This document shows positions 19,221 through 28,365 of a stretch of 64,000 nt of DNA, in pieces (positions within the stretch are counted from its first letter, which is position 1; every line of letters starts with the position of its first letter). The notes under the pieces were generated by a model. That model was not told the origin of the DNA. It saw only the letters and a list, made by a program, of their open reading frames with translations, and searched no databases. Both the position numbers and the translations under genes were made by a program. Origin of the DNA: Candidatus Fimimonas gallinarum (GTDB lineage: Bacteria > Bacillota > Clostridia > Christensenellales > CAG-314). Location: the NCBI GenBank assembly GCA_018712065.1, contig DVHL01000010.1:3028-67027 (forward strand), in the 5' to 3' direction.

Positions 19221-20633
19221 ATGAAAGAAATCGTTGAGCGTCTTTTGGACATCCAAAAGGAGGAAAACAGGCGCAAACACACCCCTTTGTCGGGGTACAA
19301 CAAAGTAAAAATACACAAAAAACAAATGGCTTTTCACAAATGTCAAAAGCGCAACAGGTGGGTTTTTGGCGGAAACAGAAGCGGCAAGACGGAGTGCGGC
19401 GCAGTGGAAACGGTGTGGCTCGCACGGGGAATTCACCCCTACCGCCCCAACAGAAAAGAAATAAGTTGCTGGGTCGTTTCCCTTTCTCAACAGGTGCAGA
19501 GGGACGTGGCGCAGCAAAAAATACTGTACTATCTCGATAAACGCTGGATAAGGCAGATCTCCATGCTGTCCGGTTCAAAATCCAGCCCCGAATACGGCGT
19601 GATAGATTACATCGTGATAGAAAACGTGTTTGGAGGCACATCGAAAATCGCCTTCAAAAGTTGTGAAGCGGGAAGGGAAAAGTTTCAGGGAACGTCGTTG
19701 GACTTCGTGTGGTTTGACGAAGAACCCCCAAAGGAAATTTACGAGGAATGCCGAATGAGAATTCTGGACAGGAAGGGGGAGATTTTCGGAACGATGACGC
19801 CTCTCAAAGGGCTGACGTGGGTGTACGACGAAATTTACCTCAACAGCAAAAACAGCAGCGAGGTGTGGTGCGAGTTTATGGAATGGGCGGACAACCCCTA
19901 TCTTTCGCAAAAGGAAATTGTCGCCATGTCGGAGACGCTTTCCGCGGACAGCCTGGAATCTCGCCGCTACGGAAGATTTCAGTCGCTGGGAGGAATGGTG
20001 TACAGCGAATTTTCCGAGCAAAACGTCATTCAACCCTTTGACGTGCCTGCGGAATGGCAGGACAAACTTTCCATCGACCCCGGTCTGAACAATCCGCTTT
20101 CCTGTCATTGGTACGCCAGGGATTTCGACGGCAACGTGTACGTTGTTGCGGAACATTACGAGGCAAAAAAGGACGTGGCTTACCACGCACAAAGAATACG
20201 GGAAATAAGCCGTCAACTCAATTGGCACAAGGACAAGTTCGGCAATTACACTGCGCTTATGGACAGTGCGGCAAACCAACGCACGCTGAACGGTCAAAAA
20301 AGCGTGGCGGAACTGTTTTGCCATGAAGGCATAGACGTGAACACCTGCGTCAACAAGGATTTGTACACAGGCATAAACAAGGTGAAATACATGCTTAAAC
20401 CTCTTAACGGTGCGCCCAAACTTTTTGTCTTTTCCTGTTGCGTCAACATGATAAGGGAATTCAAGGGGTATTTTTGGGGCGAAGGCGACAGACCCGTCAA
20501 AAAGGACGACCACGCAATGGACGAACTGCGTTACTACATCTCGTCCCTTTCCGAACGCAAAAAACCGCAGGAACAAAAGAGCGCAATAGCGTTGGACAAG
20601 GAAAAACTTGCAAGAAAACTGCGTCAAAGGTAG
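19221..20633 (+). CDS. Phage terminase large subunit
   Basis: Walker A GGNRSGKT, Walker B FVWFDEE, coupling motif TMTP, RNase H-like SIDPG...DDHAMDELRY. Confidence 0.93.
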   Translation: MKEIVERLLDIQKEENRRKHTPLSGYNKVKIHKKQMAFHKCQKRNRWVFGGNRSGKTECGAVETVWLARGIHPYRPNRKEISCWVVSLSQQVQRDVAQQKILYYLDKRWIRQISMLSGSKSSPEYGVIDYIVIENVFGGTSKIAFKSCEAGREKFQGTSLDFVWFDEEPPKEIYEECRMRILDRKGEIFGTMTPLKGLTWVYDEIYLNSKNSSEVWCEFMEWADNPYLSQKEIVAMSETLSADSLESRRYGRFQSLGGMVYSEFSEQNVIQPFDVPAEWQDKLSIDPGLNNPLSCHWYARDFDGNVYVVAEHYEAKKDVAYHAQRIREISRQLNWHKDKFGNYTALMDSAANQRTLNGQKSVAELFCHEGIDVNTCVNKDLYTGINKVKYMLKPLNGAPKLFVFSCCVNMIREFKGYFWGEGDRPVKKDDHAMDELRYYISSLSERKKPQEQKSAIALDKEKLARKLRQR

Positions 20634-20984
20634 CGCAGCACACGTGCTTTGAAAGTCCTTGAAACATGTTGAAAAGTTTTTGAAAACCTTTTGAAGTTCC
20701 GAAAAGGCTGTCGCCTTGCCTTGGCAAACGGTGCAGTTTTTGCGCATTGATGACGGACAACGGTTTGAAAGGTTTTGCCCAAGACGCACAAAAACCTGAA
20801 ATTTTTGTTTTGACAGGTGCGTCAAAAAAAGCGGCACGGGCAACGGTGCAAGAAACTTTCAGCATTTGCAACTACGGCACGCAACAAAGGGCGTCAAATG
20901 CCCTTTGTACACAAAATGTGCAACCGTATGTAAAAAGTTGGTACAAAATGCTTGTGCAAACAACTTTGCACGGGAGGGAAAACA

Positions 20985-21296
20985 ATGTTGGAATACAAAA
21001 AACTACTGACGGAAATATTGCTCAAAAAAGCCAAAGGATACAGTTTCCGTGAAAAAACGGAGGAGTACAACGTCAGCGACGGAAAGGCGCAACTGGTCAA
21101 AAGAAAGGTGGTAACAAAACGGGTGCATCCCGATGTTTCCGCCGTCAAAGCCCTGTTGCAACTTTCCGCCGAGCAAAATGAAATTTCCCAGATGACGGAC
21201 GAGCAGTTGCAGGTGGAAAAACTGCGTTTGTTGCAGTTGCTCAACATTTGCGACGAGCAGACATCGGCGCAGTGCGTCATCGAGGAAGAACAGTAA
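20985..21296 (+). CDS. Terminase small subunit-like protein (oligomerisation region only)
   Basis: LLKKAKGYSFREKTEEY...KRKVVTKRVHPDVSA resembles the 'LLKRALGY..EE...KK.VPPD..A' pattern of Firmicutes phage TerS-like proteins; ends with MTDEQL helix; RBS ggaggg. Confidence 0.55.
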   Translation: MLEYKKLLTEILLKKAKGYSFREKTEEYNVSDGKAQLVKRKVVTKRVHPDVSAVKALLQLSAEQNEISQMTDEQLQVEKLRLLQLLNICDEQTSAQCVIEEEQ

Positions 21297-21320
21297 CGCC
21301 CGACGGCGAAAGGAGGAAAA

Positions 21321-21542
21321 ATGATTACCGCAACAACAGACAAAACAAAGTGCGACGTAAGGGATTGTCGCAACATGGCGCAATACGTTTTGCCATGCAA
21401 GGGAAGAGGAGGCAAATTCTTTTTGTGTAAACAGTGCGCAGAAAAAATTGCCGACGCCATTAACGCAGAAAGAACGCCCAAAAGTCCCAAAAACGCCATC
21501 AAAAAAATGATAGACAAAAAGATGGAGGAAATGTATGAGTAA
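21321..21542 (+). CDS. Small putative Zn-finger protein
   Basis: CDVRDC...FFLCKQC; strong RBS aaggagg; overlaps the portal start. Confidence 0.6.
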   Translation: MITATTDKTKCDVRDCRNMAQYVLPCKGRGGKFFLCKQCAEKIADAINAERTPKSPKNAIKKMIDKKMEEMYE

Positions 21543-23355
21543 AAACAAGAAAAGGGAGGAAGTGCTGTTTGCCGAAGACGTGGTGGCGGATGTCAGGAAG
21601 GATTTTTCGGAAAGGCAAAACATGCGCCGTCCCTACGAACTTTCCTGGCAGTTGAACATGAACTTTATGATGGGCAATCAGTACTGTCAGATTACCCCAC
21701 GTGGGAGCATCGAACAGGAGGAAAAATTTTACTTCTGGCAGGAAAAGCAGGTGTACAACCACATTGCGCCCATTGTGGAAACACGTCTTTCCAGGCTGAA
21801 CCATGTTCGTCCACGTCCTATTGCCCGTCCCTTCTCAAACAGCGACAGCGACATCAGTTCCGCCAAAGTTTCCACAAAAATTTTGGACAGCGCACGGGAA
21901 AAAACGCACCTGGAAGAGGCTGTTACCCGTGCCACGCTGTGGAGCGAAGTGTGCGGAACGTCTTTTTACAAAATTACGTGGGACGCACAAAAGGGCGGCG
22001 ACGTGGCAATATCCGTGTGTTCCCCCTTTGAAATCTACCCCGATTCCAACGTGGCGCAGGGGTTGGAGGAATGCACGTCCGTCATTCACGCCAAAGTCTT
22101 TCCACGAAAGGAAATCGAAGAAAAATGGAAGGTTAGTCTGAAAGGGGAAAACATCAAGGTGTTTGCACTTTCTTCATCGGTGGGGATAGGCGGTTTGGGA
22201 TACAACTCCGCAGTGCCGTCCATTACGCAGGAAAGCAAAAGCGACCAAGTGTTGGTTTTGGAAAGGTACACCGCACCCGACGAAGCGCACCCCAACGGCA
22301 AACTGGAAATTGTAGCGGGGGACGTTTTGCTGTACACCGGCGACCTTCCCTACGCTTTGGGAGAGGACGGAAAACGCATTTTTCCCTTTGTGAGGCAAAT
22401 TTCCTCCGAACAGGCAGGTTGCTTTTGGGGGGCAAGCATTGTGGAAAGGGTAATTCCCGTGCAGAGGGCGTACAATGCCGTCAAAAACCGCAAACACGAA
22501 TTTATGAACAGGCTGGCAATGGGCGTGCTTACCGTCGAGGACGGTTCGGTGGACACCGACAATCTGGAAGAGGAAGGGCTTTCACCAGGGAAAATTCTGG
22601 TGTACAGGCAGGGCGCCGTCAAACCGCAACTTATGGACAGCGGTGCGGTGCCGTCGGATTTTTCCGACGAGGAAGACAGACTGTTGCAGGAATTCGTTAC
22701 CGTTTCCGGCGTGTCGGAATTTGCCCGCAACAGTACCACGCCCACAACGGTTACCAGCGGACTTGCATTGCAACTTATTGCCGAGCAGGACGACATACGT
22801 CTTGCAAGTTCCATCGACAGCGTCAAACTTGCCATCAAAAAACTTGCCAAATACATTTTGCGTATGTACAAGCAGTTTGTAACGGCAAGCAGGCTGGCAC
22901 GTCTTGCGGACGGTCAGGGGGGAGCGGAACTGTTTTACTTTTCCGCCAGCGACATAGGCAGCGACGATGTGGTTTTCGAAACGGAAAACGACCTTACGGA
23001 CACCCCGACAACAAGGCGCACCATGGTGATGGATTTGCTCAACGCAGGCATCATGAACGACGCCAACGGAAAACTTCCCGAAAGCACCAAGGCTAAAATT
23101 CTGACGCTGATGGGCTTCGGAAATTGGGAAAACGCACAGGACATAACGCAAATGCACTTGCAAAGGGCGGCAAAGGAAAACGTGGACATAGACAGTGCGG
23201 AAATTTTGCCCGTGGACGACCACGCTCTGCACATCGAGGAACACACCCGTTTTGTGATATCGGGCCTTACGGACGGCAACAAAGACTACCGCCAAAAGGT
23301 GCTGGACCACATTGCCATGCACCGCAAAATTTCGGCGCAGAAACAAGGAGAATAA
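21535..23355 (+). CDS. Phage portal protein (P22-like size and pattern)
   Basis: 606 aa between terminase and scaffold/capsid; YNHIAPIV..RL..L...RP, PVQRAYN, TSGLAL..IAEQD pattern; family assigned from recall and synteny. Confidence 0.75.
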   Translation: MSKNKKREEVLFAEDVVADVRKDFSERQNMRRPYELSWQLNMNFMMGNQYCQITPRGSIEQEEKFYFWQEKQVYNHIAPIVETRLSRLNHVRPRPIARPFSNSDSDISSAKVSTKILDSAREKTHLEEAVTRATLWSEVCGTSFYKITWDAQKGGDVAISVCSPFEIYPDSNVAQGLEECTSVIHAKVFPRKEIEEKWKVSLKGENIKVFALSSSVGIGGLGYNSAVPSITQESKSDQVLVLERYTAPDEAHPNGKLEIVAGDVLLYTGDLPYALGEDGKRIFPFVRQISSEQAGCFWGASIVERVIPVQRAYNAVKNRKHEFMNRLAMGVLTVEDGSVDTDNLEEEGLSPGKILVYRQGAVKPQLMDSGAVPSDFSDEEDRLLQEFVTVSGVSEFARNSTTPTTVTSGLALQLIAEQDDIRLASSIDSVKLAIKKLAKYILRMYKQFVTASRLARLADGQGGAELFYFSASDIGSDDVVFETENDLTDTPTTRRTMVMDLLNAGIMNDANGKLPESTKAKILTLMGFGNWENAQDITQMHLQRAAKENVDIDSAEILPVDDHALHIEEHTRFVISGLTDGNKDYRQKVLDHIAMHRKISAQKQGE

Positions 23356-23358
23356 CAC

Positions 23359-23844
23359 ATGGATTTCGGCAAATTCGCTTCGGCGGAAGAATTACTTAAA
23401 AGTTACAATCAACTGGAAAAAAGTTTCACGCAAAAGTGTCAGCAACTTTCCGCTTTGGAAAGGGAAAAGACCTTGCTGGAAGAAAAATTGAAGGGCGGTA
23501 CAAGCGAGAATACGCCACCGCAAGAGAGGGTGCAGTCAACGACGGTTGACAGTGCCGATACAGTCCCGCAAGACGCCTTTGACGCAAAGGCGGTTTTGAA
23601 CGGTCAGGCACCCGTATCGACGGCTGTTTCGGCAGACGGTTTGCAACAATTACCTTCTGACGGCGTCAGCGGTGAGGGGCACACGCCTCAAACCCTGCAA
23701 GATACGCCGTCGCAACTGCAAAACGTCGCCGCAGTGGCCGCTCCTTCCGTTATGTCGGGAGGGGGAAACGTGTCTATGGCGTTGCCGTCACGCCCCAAGA
23801 CACTGAAAGAAGCGTCATTGATGGCAAAAGAACTATTCAAATAA
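23359..23844 (+). CDS. Capsid scaffolding protein
   Basis: N-terminal GKFASAEELLKSYNQLEK coiled-coil resembles podovirus scaffold motif GK(F/Y)xSxEELxKxYxxLE; low-complexity middle; directly before the capsid gene. Confidence 0.7.
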   Translation: MDFGKFASAEELLKSYNQLEKSFTQKCQQLSALEREKTLLEEKLKGGTSENTPPQERVQSTTVDSADTVPQDAFDAKAVLNGQAPVSTAVSADGLQQLPSDGVSGEGHTPQTLQDTPSQLQNVAAVAAPSVMSGGGNVSMALPSRPKTLKEASLMAKELFK

Positions 23845-23856
23845 AGGAGAAAAAAT

Positions 23857-25023
23857 ATGGTAACTCTCACAAGTGCGGAAAATGCGCTGAAAACATTGTA
23901 TCTCGGCGTTGTGGCAGACCAACTCAACACCAACGTCAACCCCCTGCTTGCCAAAATATCTCAAACCACAAGCGATGTGTGGGGAAAAGAAATAAGAAAA
24001 CTTGCGCCCTTCGGCATTAACGGCGGTATCGGCGCAGGCACGGAAGACGGCACATTGCCCGGTGCTGCGTCCAACAATTACGCACAGTTCGTGCTTACGC
24101 TCAAAAACCTGTACGGCACCATCGAAATTTCCGACAAGGCAATCAGGGCAAGTCAAAACAACAGCGGCGCCTTCGTCAATTTGCTGGAAGCGGAAATGGA
24201 AGGACTGATTAAGGCATCCAAATTCAACTTCGGCAGAATGTTGTTCGGCGACGGCTCGGGCGTGCTGTGCAAGGCGTCGGCGCAAAGCGGCAACGTCATC
24301 ACCGTCGATTCCGTCAAAAACGTCATCGAAGGCATGGTGGTGGACGTTGTAGACGCTTCCACGAAAGGCGTGGTTGTTTCGGCAAGACGCATCACCGACG
24401 TGGACCGCAGCGCAAAAACAATAACTTTGGCGGGCGCATCCATTGCGGCGTCCACCGTTTCCGCAGGCGACTGTGTAACGGTGCAGGGCAGTTACGGCAA
24501 CGAACTTACGGGGCTGGGAGCAATTTTCGGCAATTCCGAAACGTTGTACGGACTTGCCCGTTCGGCAAACAAGTGGCTTGCGCCCTACAAGGCAACGTCT
24601 ACGGAAATAAACGACGTGGTAATTCAGAAGGCAATAGACACCCTGGACGAAGTGGCAGGTTCCGTAGCCGACTTCATCGTGTGTTCGGCAGGGGTGAAGC
24701 GTGCCTATCAGGATTACCTCATCACCAACAGAAGCAACATCGACGTGATGAACCTGCAAGGAGGCTACAAAGCCATTTCCTACAACGGCATTCCCGTCGT
24801 GTCCGACAGATTTGCCCCCGAAGGCACAATGTACATTCTCAACACGTCGGATTTCCACCTTCACCAACTTTGCGATTGGCGTTGGTTGGAGGGCGACGAC
24901 GGCAGAGTAATCAAACAGGTGGCAAACAAGCCTGTGTACACGGCAACTCTTGTCAAGTACGCCGACATGATTTGCGACAGACCCATCGGACAGGCTGTTA
25001 TCAGCGGTATCACCGAAAAGTAA
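23857..25023 (+). CDS. Phage major capsid protein (HK97 fold inferred)
   Basis: 388 aa; LKNLYGTIEISDKAIRAS spine-helix region, GLGAIF, YNGIPVVSDRFAPEGTMYILN P-domain pattern; strong RBS. Confidence 0.85.
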   Translation: MVTLTSAENALKTLYLGVVADQLNTNVNPLLAKISQTTSDVWGKEIRKLAPFGINGGIGAGTEDGTLPGAASNNYAQFVLTLKNLYGTIEISDKAIRASQNNSGAFVNLLEAEMEGLIKASKFNFGRMLFGDGSGVLCKASAQSGNVITVDSVKNVIEGMVVDVVDASTKGVVVSARRITDVDRSAKTITLAGASIAASTVSAGDCVTVQGSYGNELTGLGAIFGNSETLYGLARSANKWLAPYKATSTEINDVVIQKAIDTLDEVAGSVADFIVCSAGVKRAYQDYLITNRSNIDVMNLQGGYKAISYNGIPVVSDRFAPEGTMYILNTSDFHLHQLCDWRWLEGDDGRVIKQVANKPVYTATLVKYADMICDRPIGQAVISGITEK

Positions 25024-25033
25024 CAAATTACAA

Positions 25034-25061
25034 GGCGTTTGCGGACTTTTCCGCAAACGCC
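25034..25061 (+). promoter_or_regulatory. Perfect 12-bp stem-loop right after the capsid gene
   Basis: ggcgtttgcgga-cttt-tccgcaaacgcc, no U-tract. Confidence 0.7.
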
Positions 25062-25085
25062 CTCTTGACAAGGAGGGATTTTTCC

Positions 25086-25373
25086 GTGAAAAATTTGATT
25101 GCAATTACCGACGATTTGTTTGATATTGCCAACAGGCTGAAAGCAATCGACCAAAACTATCGGGTGTTTTTCAACGTGGAAACGCAAAAATTCGAGGTGC
25201 ACAACATGGCTCAACGGTTGGGCACGCTGGCATTTGTGGTGCCTTTCGACGAGTTGGACGCCCGCACGGTGCAGTACGCACGTTTTACCCGTGTGGAAAA
25301 CGCTCAAAAACTGTTTGACGAGGTGGACAAACACAATCAGTCGCTGGAAAAGTCTTGCTTGGACATTGTGTAA
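25086..25373 (+). CDS. Hypothetical phage-module protein (95 aa)
   Basis: GTG start after aggaggg; 3' part of track ORF 24267..25373 (MKNLIAITDDLFDIANRLKAID...); fills the gap between capsid and adaptor genes. Confidence 0.7.
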   Translation: MKNLIAITDDLFDIANRLKAIDQNYRVFFNVETQKFEVHNMAQRLGTLAFVVPFDELDARTVQYARFTRVENAQKLFDEVDKHNQSLEKSCLDIV

Positions 25374-25385
25374 AGAGGAGGTACA

Positions 25386-25937
25386 ATGAAAGTTCTGGAA
25401 ATATTGAAACTGTGCAACGGAATGGCGGATTTGCAACTGCCCGAAAGGTACTTTGCCGAGCAAAGCGATGCGCTTGCCGACGAAAGAATTACAAAACTTG
25501 TGTATTGTTGCAACAGCCTTTTGGAACAACTGTACTGCGATTACGCAACGGCTTTGAAAAAATGCACGCTGGTGGCAACGGACGGATTTGCCGATACTTC
25601 CGGTCTCGATTTCAACCGAGTGGTTTCCCTTGTGGATTCAAACGGCAACAACGTGCGTTACCGCTACACCAAAGGCGGTTTGAGCGTTGCCGACGGCACC
25701 TACACCCTTACCTACGCTTCGTTGCCTCAACGTGTCGGGTGGACGGAGGAAGTGGAAATGCCTTCGCCACGCATTACGCCTCGCATTTTTGCCTACGGTT
25801 GCCTTGCGGAGTACTTTTTTTCCGTCGGAGACGTGGGGCAGTCGTCGTTGTGGAATGACAAATTCCTCAATGCGCTGAAAACGGCAAACGTGAAAAAATC
25901 CGCAATGACCATGCCCCCTGTGGGGAGGTGGTTGTGA
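25386..25937 (+). CDS. Putative head-tail adaptor (T7 gp11/P22 gp4-like position)
   Basis: 183 aa, helix-beta-helix layout ending FAYGCLAEYF...WNDKF..AL; synteny after the capsid; RBS gaggagg. Confidence 0.55.
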   Translation: MKVLEILKLCNGMADLQLPERYFAEQSDALADERITKLVYCCNSLLEQLYCDYATALKKCTLVATDGFADTSGLDFNRVVSLVDSNGNNVRYRYTKGGLSVADGTYTLTYASLPQRVGWTEEVEMPSPRITPRIFAYGCLAEYFFSVGDVGQSSLWNDKFLNALKTANVKKSAMTMPPVGRWL

Positions 25938-27154
25938 TGTTTTCGGCTACTCGGACAAACGTTTCTGCCGAAAAAATTTTGGTAAACACAAGTTTTGACG
26001 GTGAAAAAGGCGGTTTTACCCCTAAAAAACAGCAAAACGTAGTTGTAAAAAGGGGAAGCCTGCATCCCGCATGCAAGTCGCAGCAGGTGTTTTCCACCGA
26101 CAAAGAGGTGTATTCCGCATTCGAGTTGCCCAACCAAATTGTGTTTTTTGCATGGAACGGCTTTTCCCGAATAACGGACGGTAAAGAGGAAAAAATCGGA
26201 AGCCTGCAATTCACCCGCCCCGTCTATCTGCACTGTCAGAAGCAAAATGCGTTGATTTTGTCGCAGAAGGGGGAATACACGGCAATGTACACGGAAGAGG
26301 GCGTTTCCACAATCTGCAACGTCGGCATGGAAAGCCTTGCGCTTTGTAAGGAGAGAGTAGTAGGCGTTGCGGACAACAAGGTGTATTTTTCCGATGTGGA
26401 CGATTTTTCCAGTTGGAACGAGATAACGTTGCCGGAAAAGGTGTGCGCCGTAACACAACTGCAGGAGGATGTTCTGCTTTTCGGAAAAGACGTTTTAAGG
26501 CTCAATTTCGGCAAAGACGTTGCCGACACTACCGTGGAAACGGTGTGCCGTAACGTAGGAATACCCTTTGCGCAAACTCTTTGCGCAGTTGGCAACAGCG
26601 TTGTGTATCTCACGGCAAACGGACTGATGAAGTTTAAAAATTCTTCCGTTACGAAGTTGGCGGAGGCATTCGCCGACAATGCCGAAGCGCAGGCAACGGT
26701 TTTTGGCGGAAAGTACGTTGTTTGTTGCAACACCGAGGAACAAAAGGGCGTTTTGCTGGAAACGGACTGCGAAACGGGGCAAAGCGTCGTTATCGGTAAA
26801 GCCGATTTTGTTACAGCAAACGGCGACAGACTGCTGTTTGGCATGGACGGAAAGGTTTGCACCTTCGGCGAGGAAAAAGCCGACGCTTTCTGGCAAAGTT
26901 ATCCGCAAAGTTTCGGTAACGCCGCAGCAAAAAAACATTTGCGCAAACTGACGGTGGACGCAGTGGGAAGCGTGGAAGTGCGCCTCATCGGTGAAATTGA
27001 CAAAAAAGTTTTCCGAATGCAGTGCAAAAATCCGCAAACGGTGCATTTGCAGGGAACGTTTCACAAACTGACTTTGGAAATTCTGACGTTTGGCAACGCC
27101 GTGGTTCATTCCGTCGGCGTTCTGGCGGAGATTTTCCGTTTGGGGGAGGTGTAG
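25937..27154 (+). CDS. Putative tail nozzle/DNA-stabilisation protein (P22 gp10/T7 gp12-like, beta-propeller)
   Basis: Beta-rich; KVYFSD..D...W, GNSVVYLTANGL, WQS...FG....KH pattern; TGATG coupling to the upstream gene. Confidence 0.55.
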   Translation: MFSATRTNVSAEKILVNTSFDGEKGGFTPKKQQNVVVKRGSLHPACKSQQVFSTDKEVYSAFELPNQIVFFAWNGFSRITDGKEEKIGSLQFTRPVYLHCQKQNALILSQKGEYTAMYTEEGVSTICNVGMESLALCKERVVGVADNKVYFSDVDDFSSWNEITLPEKVCAVTQLQEDVLLFGKDVLRLNFGKDVADTTVETVCRNVGIPFAQTLCAVGNSVVYLTANGLMKFKNSSVTKLAEAFADNAEAQATVFGGKYVVCCNTEEQKGVLLETDCETGQSVVIGKADFVTANGDRLLFGMDGKVCTFGEEKADAFWQSYPQSFGNAAAKKHLRKLTVDAVGSVEVRLIGEIDKKVFRMQCKNPQTVHLQGTFHKLTLEILTFGNAVVHSVGVLAEIFRLGEV

Positions 27155-27157
27155 AGT

Positions 27158-28090
27158 ATGGCAGAGATTTCCGCCGACAGGCAACAGAAACTGCTGGAAG
27201 AATACGAGCAACTGAAAGAAAAAATACTGGAAATCGACCACAAATACAGCCTTTCCTACCACGAGGTTAAGTTGGACATGCCGGAATCGTTGGGGTTGCA
27301 GAAACTGACGTTTACTCCCCACACCGAGGAAGAATTGCAACAACTGGCATTGCAGGAAGTGAAACCCAAGTACGACGAAAAATTGCGTGTGCTGCAAAAA
27401 AGCACAGACACGTCCAAAAACACCGTTTTGTACAACATAAGCGTTCAGGAAGAGAAAAACCGACAGCAACTGTCGCAACTTGAGGAACAACTTTCCGACG
27501 ACAAAAAATCGCTGTCAGACAAACTTGCGTACAACGGATTGTGGTATTCTACCATCAAACAGCAGGCGGAAAACAGTTTGCAACAGGACTACCTTGCGTC
27601 GGTGGAGGAGCAAAACACACGCCACGAAGCGCAGATTGCCGCCCTTGAAGAGAAAATCACCCAACTTGACAGCGTGTACAGCGAAGGTGCGGCAAGCATC
27701 CAAGAGCAACTGCAAACGGCATTGGCTGCGGAAATAGAGGTTTTCAGGGAAAAGGACGAAAAACAACGCATCGCCGTGGAAAAGTACAACAACACGGTGG
27801 ACGAAAAGGAAAACAAATACAAGGCAAGTTGCGCACGTGCGTTGCAGTACGCCATTCAGGCAGAGTACGAGCGTGCTTTCGAAGCGGCGAAAATCTATGC
27901 CGAACTTGGCGAAGCAGGCGTGCAGCAACAAATGATGTCGGAAAAACTGAGTTGTTGCAAAATACAGTTCACCGCCTACAACAGGACGGAAGCGTTGTTT
28001 GTAATGAGTATCGATTCTTTTTTGCAAACTAACCTTGGCGACTACTATTCCGCTTTGGAAGATTGGGTAAACACAATTTTGCGTCCGTAA
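27158..28090 (+). CDS. Coiled-coil protein, last gene of the phage-like operon (possible internal/ejection protein)
   Basis: Q/E/K-rich heptads; RBS ggaggtg; function inferred only from position. Confidence 0.5.
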   Translation: MAEISADRQQKLLEEYEQLKEKILEIDHKYSLSYHEVKLDMPESLGLQKLTFTPHTEEELQQLALQEVKPKYDEKLRVLQKSTDTSKNTVLYNISVQEEKNRQQLSQLEEQLSDDKKSLSDKLAYNGLWYSTIKQQAENSLQQDYLASVEEQNTRHEAQIAALEEKITQLDSVYSEGAASIQEQLQTALAAEIEVFREKDEKQRIAVEKYNNTVDEKENKYKASCARALQYAIQAEYERAFEAAKIYAELGEAGVQQQMMSEKLSCCKIQFTAYNRTEALFVMSIDSFLQTNLGDYYSALEDWVNTILRP

Positions 28091-28136
28091 AAATAACAAC
28101 TAACCTTACGCACACAACGGACGTAAAAATGTTTGC

Positions 28137-28365
28137 CACAGTCACAAGCGGTGAAGTGCAAAATACGGCGTTTTGCAACTTGTTGCAACTTGTCGCAGGT
28201 TTATTGCAAAAGCAACTTTGTTTTGCAATTGGTAGTAACGAAAAAAACGTTTCTTTGCACACAGCCACAAGCGTGAAGTGCAAAAATACAGTGCTTTGCA
28301 ACTTGTCGCATGTTCTTACAAAAAGTAACTTTGTTTTGCAACGGGTAGTAGCGGAAAAAAGCGTT
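28137..28365. repeat. Two diverged ~123-bp tandem units
   Basis: cacag.cacaagcg(g)tgaagtgcaaaa..gcaacttgtcgca..aactttgttttgcaa at ~28137 and ~28260. Confidence 0.75.

Larger units (their letters stand above)
19221..28090 (+). mobile_element. Phage-derived packaging/head/short-tail module without integrase, replication or lysis genes (candidate GTA or domesticated prophage)
   Basis: Ten co-oriented, apparently intact ORFs in phage morphogenesis order, flanked by host-like genes. Confidence 0.7.

Noticed and set aside
24267-25085. Frameshift-extended capsid or 368-aa overlapping protein
   Set aside because: The 5' part is an alternate frame of the capsid gene, the 3' part has its own RBS and GTG at 25086, and no convincing slippery site was identified.
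19221-28090. Tailocin/PBSX-like element, encapsulin or PICI satellite
   Set aside because: No sheath, tube, baseplate or tape measure; terminase and portal argue against an encapsulin; no integrase or primase as in PICIs.
17000-28100. Complete inducible prophage
   Set aside because: No integrase, att-like flanking repeat, CI/Cro, replication or lysis genes seen; only ~9 kb of morphogenesis genes. A remnant cannot be excluded without comparative data.
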